Shown: positions 15,818-26,544 of the stretch, one piece after another
Numbering within the stretch: the first letter of the stretch is position 1
Layout: each line of letters opens with the position of its first letter
Source: an uncultured Gemmatimonadales bacterium
GTDB taxonomy: Bacteria > Gemmatimonadota > Gemmatimonadetes > Gemmatimonadales > GWC2-71-9
NCBI GenBank assembly: GCA_963711915.1
Contig: CAVQGA010000003.1
Coordinates: 73,231 to 137,230, forward strand
Direction: 5' to 3'
Length of the DNA: 64,000 nucleotides
Notes under the pieces: model-generated
The model's database searches: none
Told to the model about the DNA's origin: nothing
What the model saw: only the letters and a program-made list of their open reading frames with translations
Translations under genes and position numbers: made by a program

Positions 15818-18277
15818 GTGCCCGAGTCTCCCGCGTCGCCGGCACCACGCAGTCTCCTCGCCTACCTGATGACGCTGGCGGCGCTGGCCGCCGTCTACTA
15901 CGTCGCCGCCCGCCTCGGGCTTCGCTACGCCTCCATCGCGCAGAGCATCTCACTGGTCTGGCCGCCCACCGGCCTCGCGCTCGCCGCCCTCGGAGCACTC
16001 GGGCTCCGCTACTGGCCGGGCGTCGCGCTCGGGGCCTTCCTCGCCAACCTGACGACACCGCTCGCCCCCGCGACCGCCGCCGGGATCGCGCTGGGCAACA
16101 CGCTCGAGGCGGTGGCGGCCGCATGGCTCCTGTGCCGGACGTCAGGGGCGCCGCCCCGGCTCGACACGACGCGGGCCGTTCGCGCACTGCTCGGGGCGGC
16201 GCCCCTCGGCGCCGCCATCAGCGCGGCGGTCGGCGTCCTGAGCCTCACGGTCGCCGGCGTGCTGCCGGTATCGCGCGCGGCCGGAAGCATGGCGGTCTGG
16301 TGGACCGGCGACGTGCTCGGCGCGCTGATCGTGGCACCGCCGATCTTCGCCTGGGTGCTCGCGCGGCCGTCGCGCGAGAGCGCCCGGGGCCCGCTGGAGA
16401 TCACCCTGCTCTGTCTCGGTACGGCGGTCGCGGCCGAGATGGTCCTGGGCCGGCTGCTCCCGGCGGCGCTGCTCCGCCAGGTGGACTACCTCTATCTGCT
16501 CTTTCCCTTCGTGATCTGGGCGGCGCTCCGCTTCGGGATCCGGGGCGCGTCACTCATGACGCTGACGGTCGCGGTGGTCGCCGTCTCGCACGTTGCGCAC
16601 GGCGGCGGACCGTTCATCGGGGCCACCGCGGGCCGCACCCTGTTCGCCTCCGCCTGCTACCTGGCGGTCGTGGCCATCACCGGCCTCGCGCTCGCCGCGG
16701 CCGTCGCCCACGAGCGCGAGCAGGCCACGGCCGTGCTCGCCGACCGCGAAGCACAGCTCCGCGTCGCGCTCGACGCCGCCCGGATGGGCATCTGGTCCTG
16801 GTCATCCACCGACAATCGGCTGGTGTGGGACGATACGCTGCGCCGGCTCTACGGTCTCGCGCCGGGCGACACCGTCGCGGGCTACGATGACTTCCTCTCA
16901 CGGGTCCACCCCGACGACCGCGCCATGGTGGATCAGACCGTGCGCCACGCCCTCGCGGACGGCGGCCGCCTGGACTACGAGTTCCGGATCTGCCTGCCCG
17001 ACGGGCAGGTGCGATGGATCGCCGACAAAGGGCGCGTCGTCACGGGGGCTGACGGCCTGCCGGTCGGGATGACCGGGGCCTGCCACGACGTGACCGATCG
17101 CCGGACGGCCGAAGAGCAGCTCCGCCTGGCGCACCGCATGGAGTCGGTCGGGCGGCTGGCCGGCGGTGTCGCTCACGAGACCAACAACCAGATGAGCGTC
17201 GTGATCGGCGCCTCCGAGTTCGTGCTCGGCCGGTCCGACGTCCCGCCGGCCGTGCGGGCCGATGTCGAGTCCATCCGCAGCGCCGCCCAGCGCACCGCGG
17301 CGGTCACGGCGCAGCTGCTCGCCTTCAGCCGGCGCCAGGTCCTGAAGCCCCAGGTCCTCGACCTCAACGCCGTGCTCGAGCGCTTCCAACCGGTGCTGCG
17401 GCGGGTCATGGGCGAGGATTGCACGGTTCACCTGCTCCCGGGACGGGACGTCGGGAACATCATGGCCGATCCCGGCCAGCTCGAGCAGGTGCTGCTCAAC
17501 CTCGCCCTCAACGCGCGGGACGCGATGCCACGCGGCGGCGCCCTCACGATCGAGACCGCCGCCGTCGAGCTCACCGAGCGGACGATCGAGCTTCGCCACG
17601 CGGTCGCGGTGCGCCCCGGCAGGTACGCGCGGCTCGCGGTGACCGACAGCGGCCACGGCATGGACCGGGCAACGCTCTCGCGCATCTTCGAGCCGTTCTT
17701 CACGACCAAGGGAATCGGAGAGGGGACCGGCCTGGGGCTCGCGACGGTGTACGGCATCGTCAAGCAGTCCGAGGGCTATGTCTGGGCCTACAGCGAGCCG
17801 GGCCACGGGGCCACCTTCAAGGTGTACCTGCCGCTCACCGGGCTCGGCCCCCAACCCGCGGAGCCGCATGTCGAGCGCCAGCCGATGGCATCGGGCGAGC
17901 TGATCCTGGTGGTCGAGGACGAGGCCCCCGTGCGGCAGATCGCCGCCCGGGTGCTCTCCGAGGCGGGCTACCGCGTACTTCAGGCGGAGGGCGGCAGGCA
18001 TGCGCTCGAGCTGGTGCGCCGCACCGAGACCCCCATCGATCTCGTGCTCACCGACGTCGTCATGCCGTCGATGAGCGGGCCGGAGCTGGCCGCCGCGATC
18101 GCCGAGCTGCGTCCCGGTCTGCCGGTGCTCTTCACCTCCGGCTACACCGATGCGGAGATCTTCCGCCGCGGCCTGCTCGCTCCGGATGCCGCTTTTCTCT
18201 CCAAGCCGTTCACCGCGGCGGGCCTGGTGCTGGCGGTACAGGAGCGCCTCGGCGACGCGTCGGCAAAACCTGAATGA
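15818..18277 (+). CDS. hybrid sensor histidine kinase: MASE1 membrane domain - PAS - HisKA - HATPase_c - receiver
   Basis: GTG start. MASE1-like N-terminus (YYVAARLGLRYASIAQSISLVWPPTGLALAAL), PAS (WSWSSTDNRLVWDD), H-box GGVAHETNNQM, G2 box GTGLGLATVYGIV, and REC (ILVVEDE..DLVLTDVVMP). Confidence 0.9.
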   Translation: MPESPASPAPRSLLAYLMTLAALAAVYYVAARLGLRYASIAQSISLVWPPTGLALAALGALGLRYWPGVALGAFLANLTTPLAPATAAGIALGNTLEAVAAAWLLCRTSGAPPRLDTTRAVRALLGAAPLGAAISAAVGVLSLTVAGVLPVSRAAGSMAVWWTGDVLGALIVAPPIFAWVLARPSRESARGPLEITLLCLGTAVAAEMVLGRLLPAALLRQVDYLYLLFPFVIWAALRFGIRGASLMTLTVAVVAVSHVAHGGGPFIGATAGRTLFASACYLAVVAITGLALAAAVAHEREQATAVLADREAQLRVALDAARMGIWSWSSTDNRLVWDDTLRRLYGLAPGDTVAGYDDFLSRVHPDDRAMVDQTVRHALADGGRLDYEFRICLPDGQVRWIADKGRVVTGADGLPVGMTGACHDVTDRRTAEEQLRLAHRMESVGRLAGGVAHETNNQMSVVIGASEFVLGRSDVPPAVRADVESIRSAAQRTAAVTAQLLAFSRRQVLKPQVLDLNAVLERFQPVLRRVMGEDCTVHLLPGRDVGNIMADPGQLEQVLLNLALNARDAMPRGGALTIETAAVELTERTIELRHAVAVRPGRYARLAVTDSGHGMDRATLSRIFEPFFTTKGIGEGTGLGLATVYGIVKQSEGYVWAYSEPGHGATFKVYLPLTGLGPQPAEPHVERQPMASGELILVVEDEAPVRQIAARVLSEAGYRVLQAEGGRHALELVRRTETPIDLVLTDVVMPSMSGPELAAAIAELRPGLPVLFTSGYTDAEIFRRGLLAPDAAFLSKPFTAAGLVLAVQERLGDASAKPE

Positions 18278-18558
18278 CGCTGGCCCGGGCGGCCACTCGT
18301 GGTGCTCCGGGCCGTCGCCGGCGACGAGGTCGAAGCTCACCGGGCTCGGCCGGCCGGCGCCGGCGGTGGCGAAGGCGAGTTCCGTCTTGACGGCCCAGGT
18401 CCACGCCTTATAGTGGTGGTCACTCAGAAGCTGTGAAACCCGACGTGGCTCGTATGGTCGCCCATGCGTCGGGCCGAGCTAATCGCGAAACCGGCTGAGC
18501 AGTGGTCTGTTCGGCCAGTGTTTTGTCTTGCTACGCTTCGCGATATCCGGAGGGACCG

Positions 18559-18882
18559 ATGTACGCGACCATCCGCCGCTATGCGGTGAAGGATCCGTCC
18601 AAGGCCAAGGCCGCCTTTGCCGACCTCAAGCCGCGCCTCGAGAAGAAGTTCACGCCCACCCTTCACGACGTGCCCGGTTTTCACTGCTACTACGTGCTCA
18701 CGTCGAACGACCGCGAGCTCGTGACCGTTTCAATCTTCGAGACCCGTGATGGCGCCCAGGAATCCACGCGCCGCGCAGCCGAATTCGTCCGCACCGACCC
18801 GATCAAGGACCAGATCGGAGCGCCGGAAATCATTGAGGGTGAGTTGATCCTCAGCAAGGAAGCGGTGGTCGGAGCGCACTAA
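18559..18882 (+). CDS. small ABM/Dabb-like (antibiotic biosynthesis monooxygenase fold) protein
   Basis: An internal ATG at 18559 is preceded by GGAGGGA. MYATIRRYAV...VTVSIFETRDGAQES fits the ferredoxin-like ABM pattern. The functional call is tentative. Confidence 0.6.
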   Translation: MYATIRRYAVKDPSKAKAAFADLKPRLEKKFTPTLHDVPGFHCYYVLTSNDRELVTVSIFETRDGAQESTRRAAEFVRTDPIKDQIGAPEIIEGELILSKEAVVGAH

Positions 18883-18915
18883 CCGACGCCACCAGCCGCC
18901 GTGAGCGAAGCGAAA

Positions 18916-18951
18916 GGGGGTATGGAAGCATCATACCCCCATCGTTTCGTT
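18916..18951. terminator. hairpin terminator between convergent genes (ABM-like + / MFS -)
   Basis: Perfect 9-bp stem GGGGGTATG (18916-18924) / CATACCCCC (18932-18940) with a 7-nt loop, followed by the T-rich ATCGTTTCGTT. Confidence 0.55.
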
Positions 18952-18988
18952 GCGCCCGACGCATGCCGTCCGCACGCATTCGCCCGTC

Positions 18989-20458
18989 CTAGCATCGCCC
19001 CCGATGGTCCACGCAGCCATGGTGTGGACTCGGATGGATTGAGTGCGGAAGCGTGGCGCCGCGGCGGATGGTGACCAGCGCCAGCACCGACCCGCCGAGG
19101 CAGAGTCCGGCCGCGATCCCCATCGCCCGGGCGTATCCCGCCGGATCGCTCGGGCCGCTCATCCCCGCCGCCAGCGGCAGCACGGCCGTGGCGAGCAGGC
19201 CGGCCACCCGCGCGGCCGCGTTGTTCACCGCTGACGCGATTCCCCCTTGCCCCTCCTCCACGGCGCCGAGCACCGCGGCCGTGAGCGGCGCCACCAGGAA
19301 CGCCAGCCCCAGCCCGAAGACCGCGATGCCGGGTAGCACGCCGCTCACGTAGCTCACGCCCGGCCGCACTCGCTCCAGCAGCAGCATGCCGCCCGCCGCG
19401 ACCAGGGACCCGACGGCGATCGGCCAGCGCGGTCCAAATCGCTGTCCCAGGCGGCCCGCGGTCGGCGAAAGGGCGAGCATCAACAGGTTCACGGGGAGCA
19501 GGGCTGCCCCGGCCGCAAGCGCCCGGTAGCCGAGGCCATCCTGCAACTGCAGCGTCAGGAGGAAGAACAGCCCCCCCAGCGCCGCATACACCAGCAGAGT
19601 CACCGCGTTGGTGCCGCTGAACTGCGCCGAGCGGAACATCGCGAGCGGAAGCATCGGCTCGGCCGTCCGCCGCTCATGCACCAGGAACGCGCCCAGCAGC
19701 GCCACGCCCGCGCACGCCAACGCGGGGACGAGCGCCGAGTGCGCGCGGCCATGCGGCGCGGCGATCAGCGCCCAGGTCAGCGTGCCGAGCCCAAGCGTCA
19801 CGAGCCCCGTGCCGCGGAGGTCCAGGTGACGGCCGCGCTCGGGCGAGGCGAACCCGGCTGGCACCCGGGCCGCGGTGATCCAGAGCGCGATGATCCCGAA
19901 CGGCAGCGGGACGGCAAAGACCCATCGCCAGGACAGCGCGTCCACCACCCAGCCGCCCACGAGCGGCCCGAGAGCGGTGGACACCGCGGACCACGCCGAC
20001 CAGCGGCCGATCGCCGCGCCGCGGTCGCCGGGATGGATGGTCGCGTTGAGCAGCGCCAGCGTATTCGGAACCAGGATGGCGCCCGCCGCCCCTTGCACCA
20101 GGCGGATCGCGAGCAGGAGCGTAGCGCTCGGTGCGAGCGCCGCCAGCGCGCTTGCGCCGGTGAAGCCGGCCAGACCCGCCATCAGCACCCGGCGGTGGCC
20201 GTACAGATCGCCCAGCGAGCCGCCGATCAGCATCAGGGCGCTGAGCGTCAGCAGGTAGCTGTTCACCACCCACTGCAGTCCGTCGAGCTGCATGTGGAGG
20301 TCGCGGCCAATCGCGGGGAGCGCGACGGTGACGACGGTGCTCTCGATGAACACCGCGCCCGAGCTCAGCACCGCGCCCGCGACCGTCCAGCGGCCCGCCG
20401 CGGAAGCGAGGCGGACGAAGCGTGGAGCGGCGGCGGGCGCGGAGGCCGGACGAGGCAT
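18989..20458 (-). CDS. MFS transporter, DHA2/EmrB-like (14-TM drug:H+ antiporter type)
   Basis: Start at internal ATG 20458. Motifs LPAIGRDLHMQLDGLQWVVNSYLLTLSALMLIGGSLGDLYGHRRV are present, with many TM segments. Confidence 0.85.
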   Translation of the reverse strand: MPRPASAPAAAPRFVRLASAAGRWTVAGAVLSSGAVFIESTVVTVALPAIGRDLHMQLDGLQWVVNSYLLTLSALMLIGGSLGDLYGHRRVLMAGLAGFTGASALAALAPSATLLLAIRLVQGAAGAILVPNTLALLNATIHPGDRGAAIGRWSAWSAVSTALGPLVGGWVVDALSWRWVFAVPLPFGIIALWITAARVPAGFASPERGRHLDLRGTGLVTLGLGTLTWALIAAPHGRAHSALVPALACAGVALLGAFLVHERRTAEPMLPLAMFRSAQFSGTNAVTLLVYAALGGLFFLLTLQLQDGLGYRALAAGAALLPVNLLMLALSPTAGRLGQRFGPRWPIAVGSLVAAGGMLLLERVRPGVSYVSGVLPGIAVFGLGLAFLVAPLTAAVLGAVEEGQGGIASAVNNAAARVAGLLATAVLPLAAGMSGPSDPAGYARAMGIAAGLCLGGSVLALVTIRRGATLPHSIHPSPHHGCVDHRGRC

Positions 20459-20707
20459 GGCGTATTCTATCGCCACCGCCCTAGGAGCGGGCGGGTAGCC
20501 CCTCGGACCCACGCCAGGTCGGAAGAGCCGGGCGCGGCCCCGCGGCCAGCCGGTCCAGCGACCACGCGCCGCTGCCCTCAAGCATCACGATGCCGGCGAG
20601 CGCGATCAGGTGATACTCGATCCCCCCTGTTCGGCGCCACCCCAACGACGAACGGCCGCCCCACCCGGAGGTGAGGCGGCCGTCGCCGTCGTGCCGATCG
20701 GGTGAAC

Positions 20708-21265
20708 CTAGAAGCGCACCCCGACCGTGATCGGGATCATGTAAGCGGTCTTCTCGGCGCCGGTCGTCGGATCGGTCAGGCTCTTGAACATCGCGTGGAA
20801 GCGCCCTTCGGCGAACAGCTGGGCCTTGCCCATGCCGAAGTTGAACCCCGCGCCGGCGTTCAGACCGAACTTGGTGCTGGCATCCGACGAGCCCACCCCG
20901 GTGATCGTGGTCTTGCCATTGTACAGGCCCAGGCCGCCGATCAGGTACGGGCGCGCCATGCTGGCGCCGGGGAACGCGAACACCGCGTTCGCCGTGCCGC
21001 CGAGCAGGCGGCTGTGGCCATCGATCCCGCCGTCCAGACCGAACCGGGTGTAGAACGCGTCCAGCTGGAACCCGACCGGGCTGACCGGCGGCTGCACGCG
21101 CACCAGCGCGCTGCCGCTCCAGCCGGTCCCGTACGCATCTGCCAGCGTGCCACTGGGCACCACCAGGCCCCCGCCGACGCCGAAGCTCAGGCCCTGCGCC
21201 TGCGCGGCCTGGGCGCTCAGCATGACGGCGAGACCGACGACCGCACCACGGATCATGTGCTTCAT
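20708..21265 (-). CDS. small outer-membrane beta-barrel protein (OmpA-like barrel / porin family)
   Basis: Start at ATG 21265 (MKHMIRGAVVGLAVMLSAQAAQAQG signal peptide). Gly/aromatic-rich alternating strands end ...PITVGVRF*. Confidence 0.8.
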   Translation of the reverse strand: MKHMIRGAVVGLAVMLSAQAAQAQGLSFGVGGGLVVPSGTLADAYGTGWSGSALVRVQPPVSPVGFQLDAFYTRFGLDGGIDGHSRLLGGTANAVFAFPGASMARPYLIGGLGLYNGKTTITGVGSSDASTKFGLNAGAGFNFGMGKAQLFAEGRFHAMFKSLTDPTTGAEKTAYMIPITVGVRF

Positions 21266-21525
21266 TAGGGTTGCCTCACACAGAGTGGCGGAATGAAAGC
21301 TCGCGGAGACGAGCGGAACACCGGATGGGTGGTCGGCAAAGGGTCTGCCAGGGGACGTTCCAGGCCGAACTGCGCCGCGGTAACTTTCGGCGGAGCGGCA
21401 GGTTGCCCTATCGAACGGCGGCGAAGCGTCACGCTCCTGGGCGGCGGGTTTTTCGACGGGTGCGAGGGATTGCAGAGCGTGATGCACGAGGTCTGGAGAG
21501 GCGCAAGGCGCGTCGCGCTCCCCTC

Positions 21526-23166
21526 ATGCCGCGAGTGAGCCCTGGTGTCACCGACGTGGCACTGCTGTCCCACCTCTTGTCGCGAGGCCTCGTGGCCGTT
21601 TTCGAGCTCGTCATCACGCTGCTGCTGGTGGGCGCCGTGCTCTCGGCGGTGGCGCGCCGGCTCCACGCGCCGTATCCGGCGCTGCTCGCGCTGGCCGGGG
21701 CGGCGCTGGCGCTGCTCCCGGGGACGCCGAGCATCACGCTCGATCCCGAGCTCGCCCTCACCCTGCTGGTGGCGCCGGTGCTGCTCGACGCCGCCTTCGA
21801 TTCCTCGCCTCGCGATCTCAAGCGCAACTGGCGCGCGGTGACCGGCCTCGCGCTGGTGGCGGTGGCGCTCACGGTCACGGCCGTGGCACTCGTGGCCCGG
21901 TGGCTCATCCCCGAGCTTCCCTGGCCCGCCGCGATCGCGCTCGGCGCCATTGTCGCGCCGCCCGACGCCGCGGCGGCCACCGCCGTGCTGCGGCAGCTCC
22001 GCCCGCCTCACCGCATCCTTGTGATCCTCGAGGGCGAGAGTCTGTTCAACGACGCGAGCGCGCTGTTGATCTACCGGCTCGCGGTCGGCGCCGTGGCGAC
22101 CGGCACGTTCCGGGGCTGGAGCGCGGTGCCGATGCTGCTGCTGGTCGCCGCAGGCAGCGCCGTGCTCGGGGCCGTGCTCTCCCGGGTCATTCTCTATACC
22201 ACGCCGAGGATCCGCGACGTCCCCACCGCGGTGATCGTGCAGTTCCTGGGAACCTTCGCGGTCTGGATGGTGGCCGACCGCCTGGGACTCTCGGCCATCA
22301 TCGCCGTCGTGGTGTTCGCCATTCTGGTTGCGCGCTCGGCGCCCGATCTCATCCCGGCCCGGCTCAGGATCCAGAGCTACGCGGTCTGGGAGGTCGTGGT
22401 GTTCGTGCTCAACGTCCTCGCCTTCATCCTCATCGGACTGCAGCTCAAGCCGATCCTGCAGCGCCTGAGCGCGGCCGAGCTCGCGCGGTACGCCGTGGCG
22501 GCCGCGGCGATCTGCGCTGCGGTGATCGTCGTCCGGATCGTCTGGGTGACGATCTACACCGCGGTCGGCCGCTGGAGCGGCGCCGCCGTCAGTTCCCGGG
22601 CTGCGACGGTGGTCGCCTGGTGCGGGATGCGGGGCATCGTCACCCTCGCGGCCGCGTTGGCACTGCCCACCGGGAGCGACGGGACGCCGCCGTTCCCATT
22701 TCGCGATTTCATCCTGTTCACCGCCTTCTGCGTCGTGCTCGGAACCCTCGTGGCCCAGGGCCTGACCCTCCGCCCGCTCATGCGACGGCTCGGCCTCCGC
22801 GACGACGGCTCGGTGGAGCGCGAGGTCCGGCTCGCGCGCGTGGCGACGACCCGGGCGGGACTCGTGGCCCTCGACGCCGCCGGTCCCGACAGCGAGATGG
22901 TCGGGTTTCTCCGCCGGAAATACCAGGCCCGGCTCCGGCGGGCCGAGCGCGCCGGGACCGAGCCCGATCCGACGGAACAGGACGGCTGGAACGAGTACCA
23001 CGGCGTGCTGCGGCGGGCACAGACCGACGAGCGCCGGACGCTCTCGGACCTCAGGGCCCGGGGCGTCATCGGCGACGACGCGTTTCACCGGCTGGAGGAG
23101 GAGCTGGACTGGGCCGAGGTGAATGCGGAGGCGCGGAGCGGCACCACACCGGGCGACGAGCCCTGA
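21526..23166 (+). CDS. Na+/H+ antiporter (CPA1/NhaP type) with cytoplasmic C-terminal tail
   Basis: Start at internal ATG 21526. Multi-TM region with LALTLLVAPVLLDAAF, ESLFNDASALLIY and GMRGIVTLAAAL motifs. Confidence 0.85.
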   Translation: MPRVSPGVTDVALLSHLLSRGLVAVFELVITLLLVGAVLSAVARRLHAPYPALLALAGAALALLPGTPSITLDPELALTLLVAPVLLDAAFDSSPRDLKRNWRAVTGLALVAVALTVTAVALVARWLIPELPWPAAIALGAIVAPPDAAAATAVLRQLRPPHRILVILEGESLFNDASALLIYRLAVGAVATGTFRGWSAVPMLLLVAAGSAVLGAVLSRVILYTTPRIRDVPTAVIVQFLGTFAVWMVADRLGLSAIIAVVVFAILVARSAPDLIPARLRIQSYAVWEVVVFVLNVLAFILIGLQLKPILQRLSAAELARYAVAAAAICAAVIVVRIVWVTIYTAVGRWSGAAVSSRAATVVAWCGMRGIVTLAAALALPTGSDGTPPFPFRDFILFTAFCVVLGTLVAQGLTLRPLMRRLGLRDDGSVEREVRLARVATTRAGLVALDAAGPDSEMVGFLRRKYQARLRRAERAGTEPDPTEQDGWNEYHGVLRRAQTDERRTLSDLRARGVIGDDAFHRLEEELDWAEVNAEARSGTTPGDEP

Positions 23167-23337
23167 CGACCGGCGCCGAGCGAGCCGGCCAGCCTGGCGA
23201 GGTCGGTCTCGCCGCTTGAGCGGGCGCCATTCGCTTGCACTTCGCGTGCAGCTCGGGAGCTGCCGCTGGCGCTCCTTCTCCGGCACTTTCAGATTACGAG
23301 CGCATGCCCTCCGTCCCGCGCCTTTTCAGGAGCGTTC

Positions 23338-23960
23338 ATGGCCACCGTCCAGCCCCAGGCACACGAACCCGGCGTCTCCCGCGCACTCGCGATGCTCGAG
23401 TCGCTGCTCATCCCCGGCGAGGAGCTCGAGAGCCACGCGATTCAGCGCCGGCTGTTCGCCCTGGCGCACCGGCGCGTGATCGTGGGAGCCACGAGCGGAC
23501 GGCTGATCGTCCTCACCCGCGGCCTCTTCGGCGGCTTCACGCCCCAGGACGTGCGCTGGCAGGACCTGCGGGATGCCCAGCTTCGGGCCGGCGTCTTCGG
23601 CGCCACCCTCACCGTCTCGTCGCTCGGCGGGGCGGATATGGCGGTGGCCGAATCGCCGCGCCGGACGATCCAGGTGGACGGACTCCGGAAGGCCGAGGCG
23701 GAAGAGGTGTACCGCGCGTGCCAGACGCAGGAGCAGGCGTGGCGGGAGAAACGCCGCGTTCGGGAGCTCGAGGAGCTCCGGGCCAAGTCCGGCGGGATCA
23801 GCCTCGGCGGAGGTCTGGGCGGCAACGCCACCGGCGGCGCACCGGGAGACCCGACGCAGGCGCCCGCCGCGCGGCTGCAGCGGGCCAAGGAGATGCGCGC
23901 GCAGGGCCTCCTGACCGACGCCGAATTCGAGCAGGTGAAGGCGCGGATCCTGGCCGACCT

Positions 23961-23964
<4 letters not shown>
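23338..23964 (+). CDS. bacterial PH (bPH_2/YdbT-like) domain protein with C-terminal SHOCT motif
   Basis: The PH-like region reads GEELESHAIQRRLFALAHRRVIVGATSGRLIVLTRGLFGGF..QDVRW. A Gly-rich linker follows. The C-terminal LQRAKEMRAQGLLTDAEFEQVKARILADL is a SHOCT-type helix pair. Confidence 0.7.
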
Positions 23965-25502
<1,538 letters not shown>

Positions 25503-25578
25503 TGCTGGCGCGGCGCGCGCCTCGTCGCCATTGTTGTGCGCTCAACCTACCGTTCCCTGTCATGTTTATGGAGGTGCC

Positions 25579-26460
25579 ATGTTGGTGCATCGGCTCCCGG
25601 CCCCGCTGTGTGTCCTGGCCGCCCTGCTCGTGGGCTGCAAGTCCGACCGCCCCGCCGCCGAGGCGGCGTCACCGGCGTCTACCCCTGCCACCGCGTCCGC
25701 GGATGCGGCGCCGGCCCCCGTCACCGTCACCGCGACCGACTATAAGCTCGATCTTCCCGATACGATCCCAGCGGGTGCGGTGACTCTGCATCTCGTCAAC
25801 CGCGGCCAGCAGATGCACCATGCGGTGGTCGTCCGGCTCGAGGACGGGAAGACGCTGGCCGACTTTCAGCAGGTCATGAAGCACGAGGGGCCGCCGCCCT
25901 CGTGGGTCCGGTTCGTCGGGGGCCCGAACGGCATCGTCCCCGGGCAGGAGGCCACGTCCACGGCGGCGTTCACCGCGGGGAACTATGTCGTGATGTGCCT
26001 CATCCCCGGCGCCGACGGGGTGCCTCACATGATGAAGGGGATGGTGCATCCGTTCACGGTTACCGGCACCGCCAGCGCGGCCGCCTCGGCCCTCCCCGCC
26101 GCCGACGACACCGTCCGGATGGCTGAGTACAGCTTCGAGCCGACGGGCCCGCTGACGGCCGGCCGTCACGTTGTCCTCGTGCAGAACGCCGGCCAGCAGC
26201 CGCACGAGCTCGTGGTCCTGAAGCTCGCCCCGGGCAAGCACGTCACCGACTTCGGTACGTGGGCGACCACCGGTGGAATGAAGGGCCCGCCCCCGGCCAT
26301 GCCTGTCGGGGGGATCGGCTTCATCGAGCCTGCCGGGAGCGCGACCTTCTCGGCCGATCTCGCCCCGGGCAGCTACGGCCTCATCTGCTTCGTGCCGGAT
26401 GCCAAGGACGGCAAGCCGCACCTGGTACACGGCATGATGAAGGAGTTCACGGTGGAGTAG
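25579..26460 (+). CDS. lipoprotein with two tandem cupredoxin-like domains (putative Cu-binding)
   Basis: GGAGG lies 5 nt upstream of ATG 25579. Lipobox LLVGC. There are two homologous ~115-aa halves. Each carries His...Cys-x9/10-His-x4-Met (MCLIPGADGVPHMMKGM and ICFVPDAKDGKPHLVHGM). Confidence 0.65.
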   Translation: MLVHRLPAPLCVLAALLVGCKSDRPAAEAASPASTPATASADAAPAPVTVTATDYKLDLPDTIPAGAVTLHLVNRGQQMHHAVVVRLEDGKTLADFQQVMKHEGPPPSWVRFVGGPNGIVPGQEATSTAAFTAGNYVVMCLIPGADGVPHMMKGMVHPFTVTGTASAAASALPAADDTVRMAEYSFEPTGPLTAGRHVVLVQNAGQQPHELVVLKLAPGKHVTDFGTWATTGGMKGPPPAMPVGGIGFIEPAGSATFSADLAPGSYGLICFVPDAKDGKPHLVHGMMKEFTVE

Positions 26461-26544
26461 CCCCACGGACTACTCCCCGATCGGGCCATTCGCTTATACT
26501 CAGGGAGACCACCCCCGACACCAGCGAACGTCACCGAGCAGGCT

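Noticed and set aside
18290-18420. Possible gene fragment on the minus strand (..HHYKAWTWAVKTELAFATAGAGRPSPVSFDLVAGDGPEHHEW..) after the MASE1 kinase
   Set aside because: It is short, has no start or recognisable family, and overlaps the kinase 3' end. This is not enough to call a feature.
21265-23286. Long antisense ORFs opposite the Na+/H+ antiporter, LigB ligase (23442-25490), TPR lipoprotein (48600-50669), kinase (56536-58596) and LigD (61311-63701)
   Set aside because: All have Arg/Gly/Pro-rich composition. All lie opposite or out of frame to genes with clear family motifs. None has motifs of its own.
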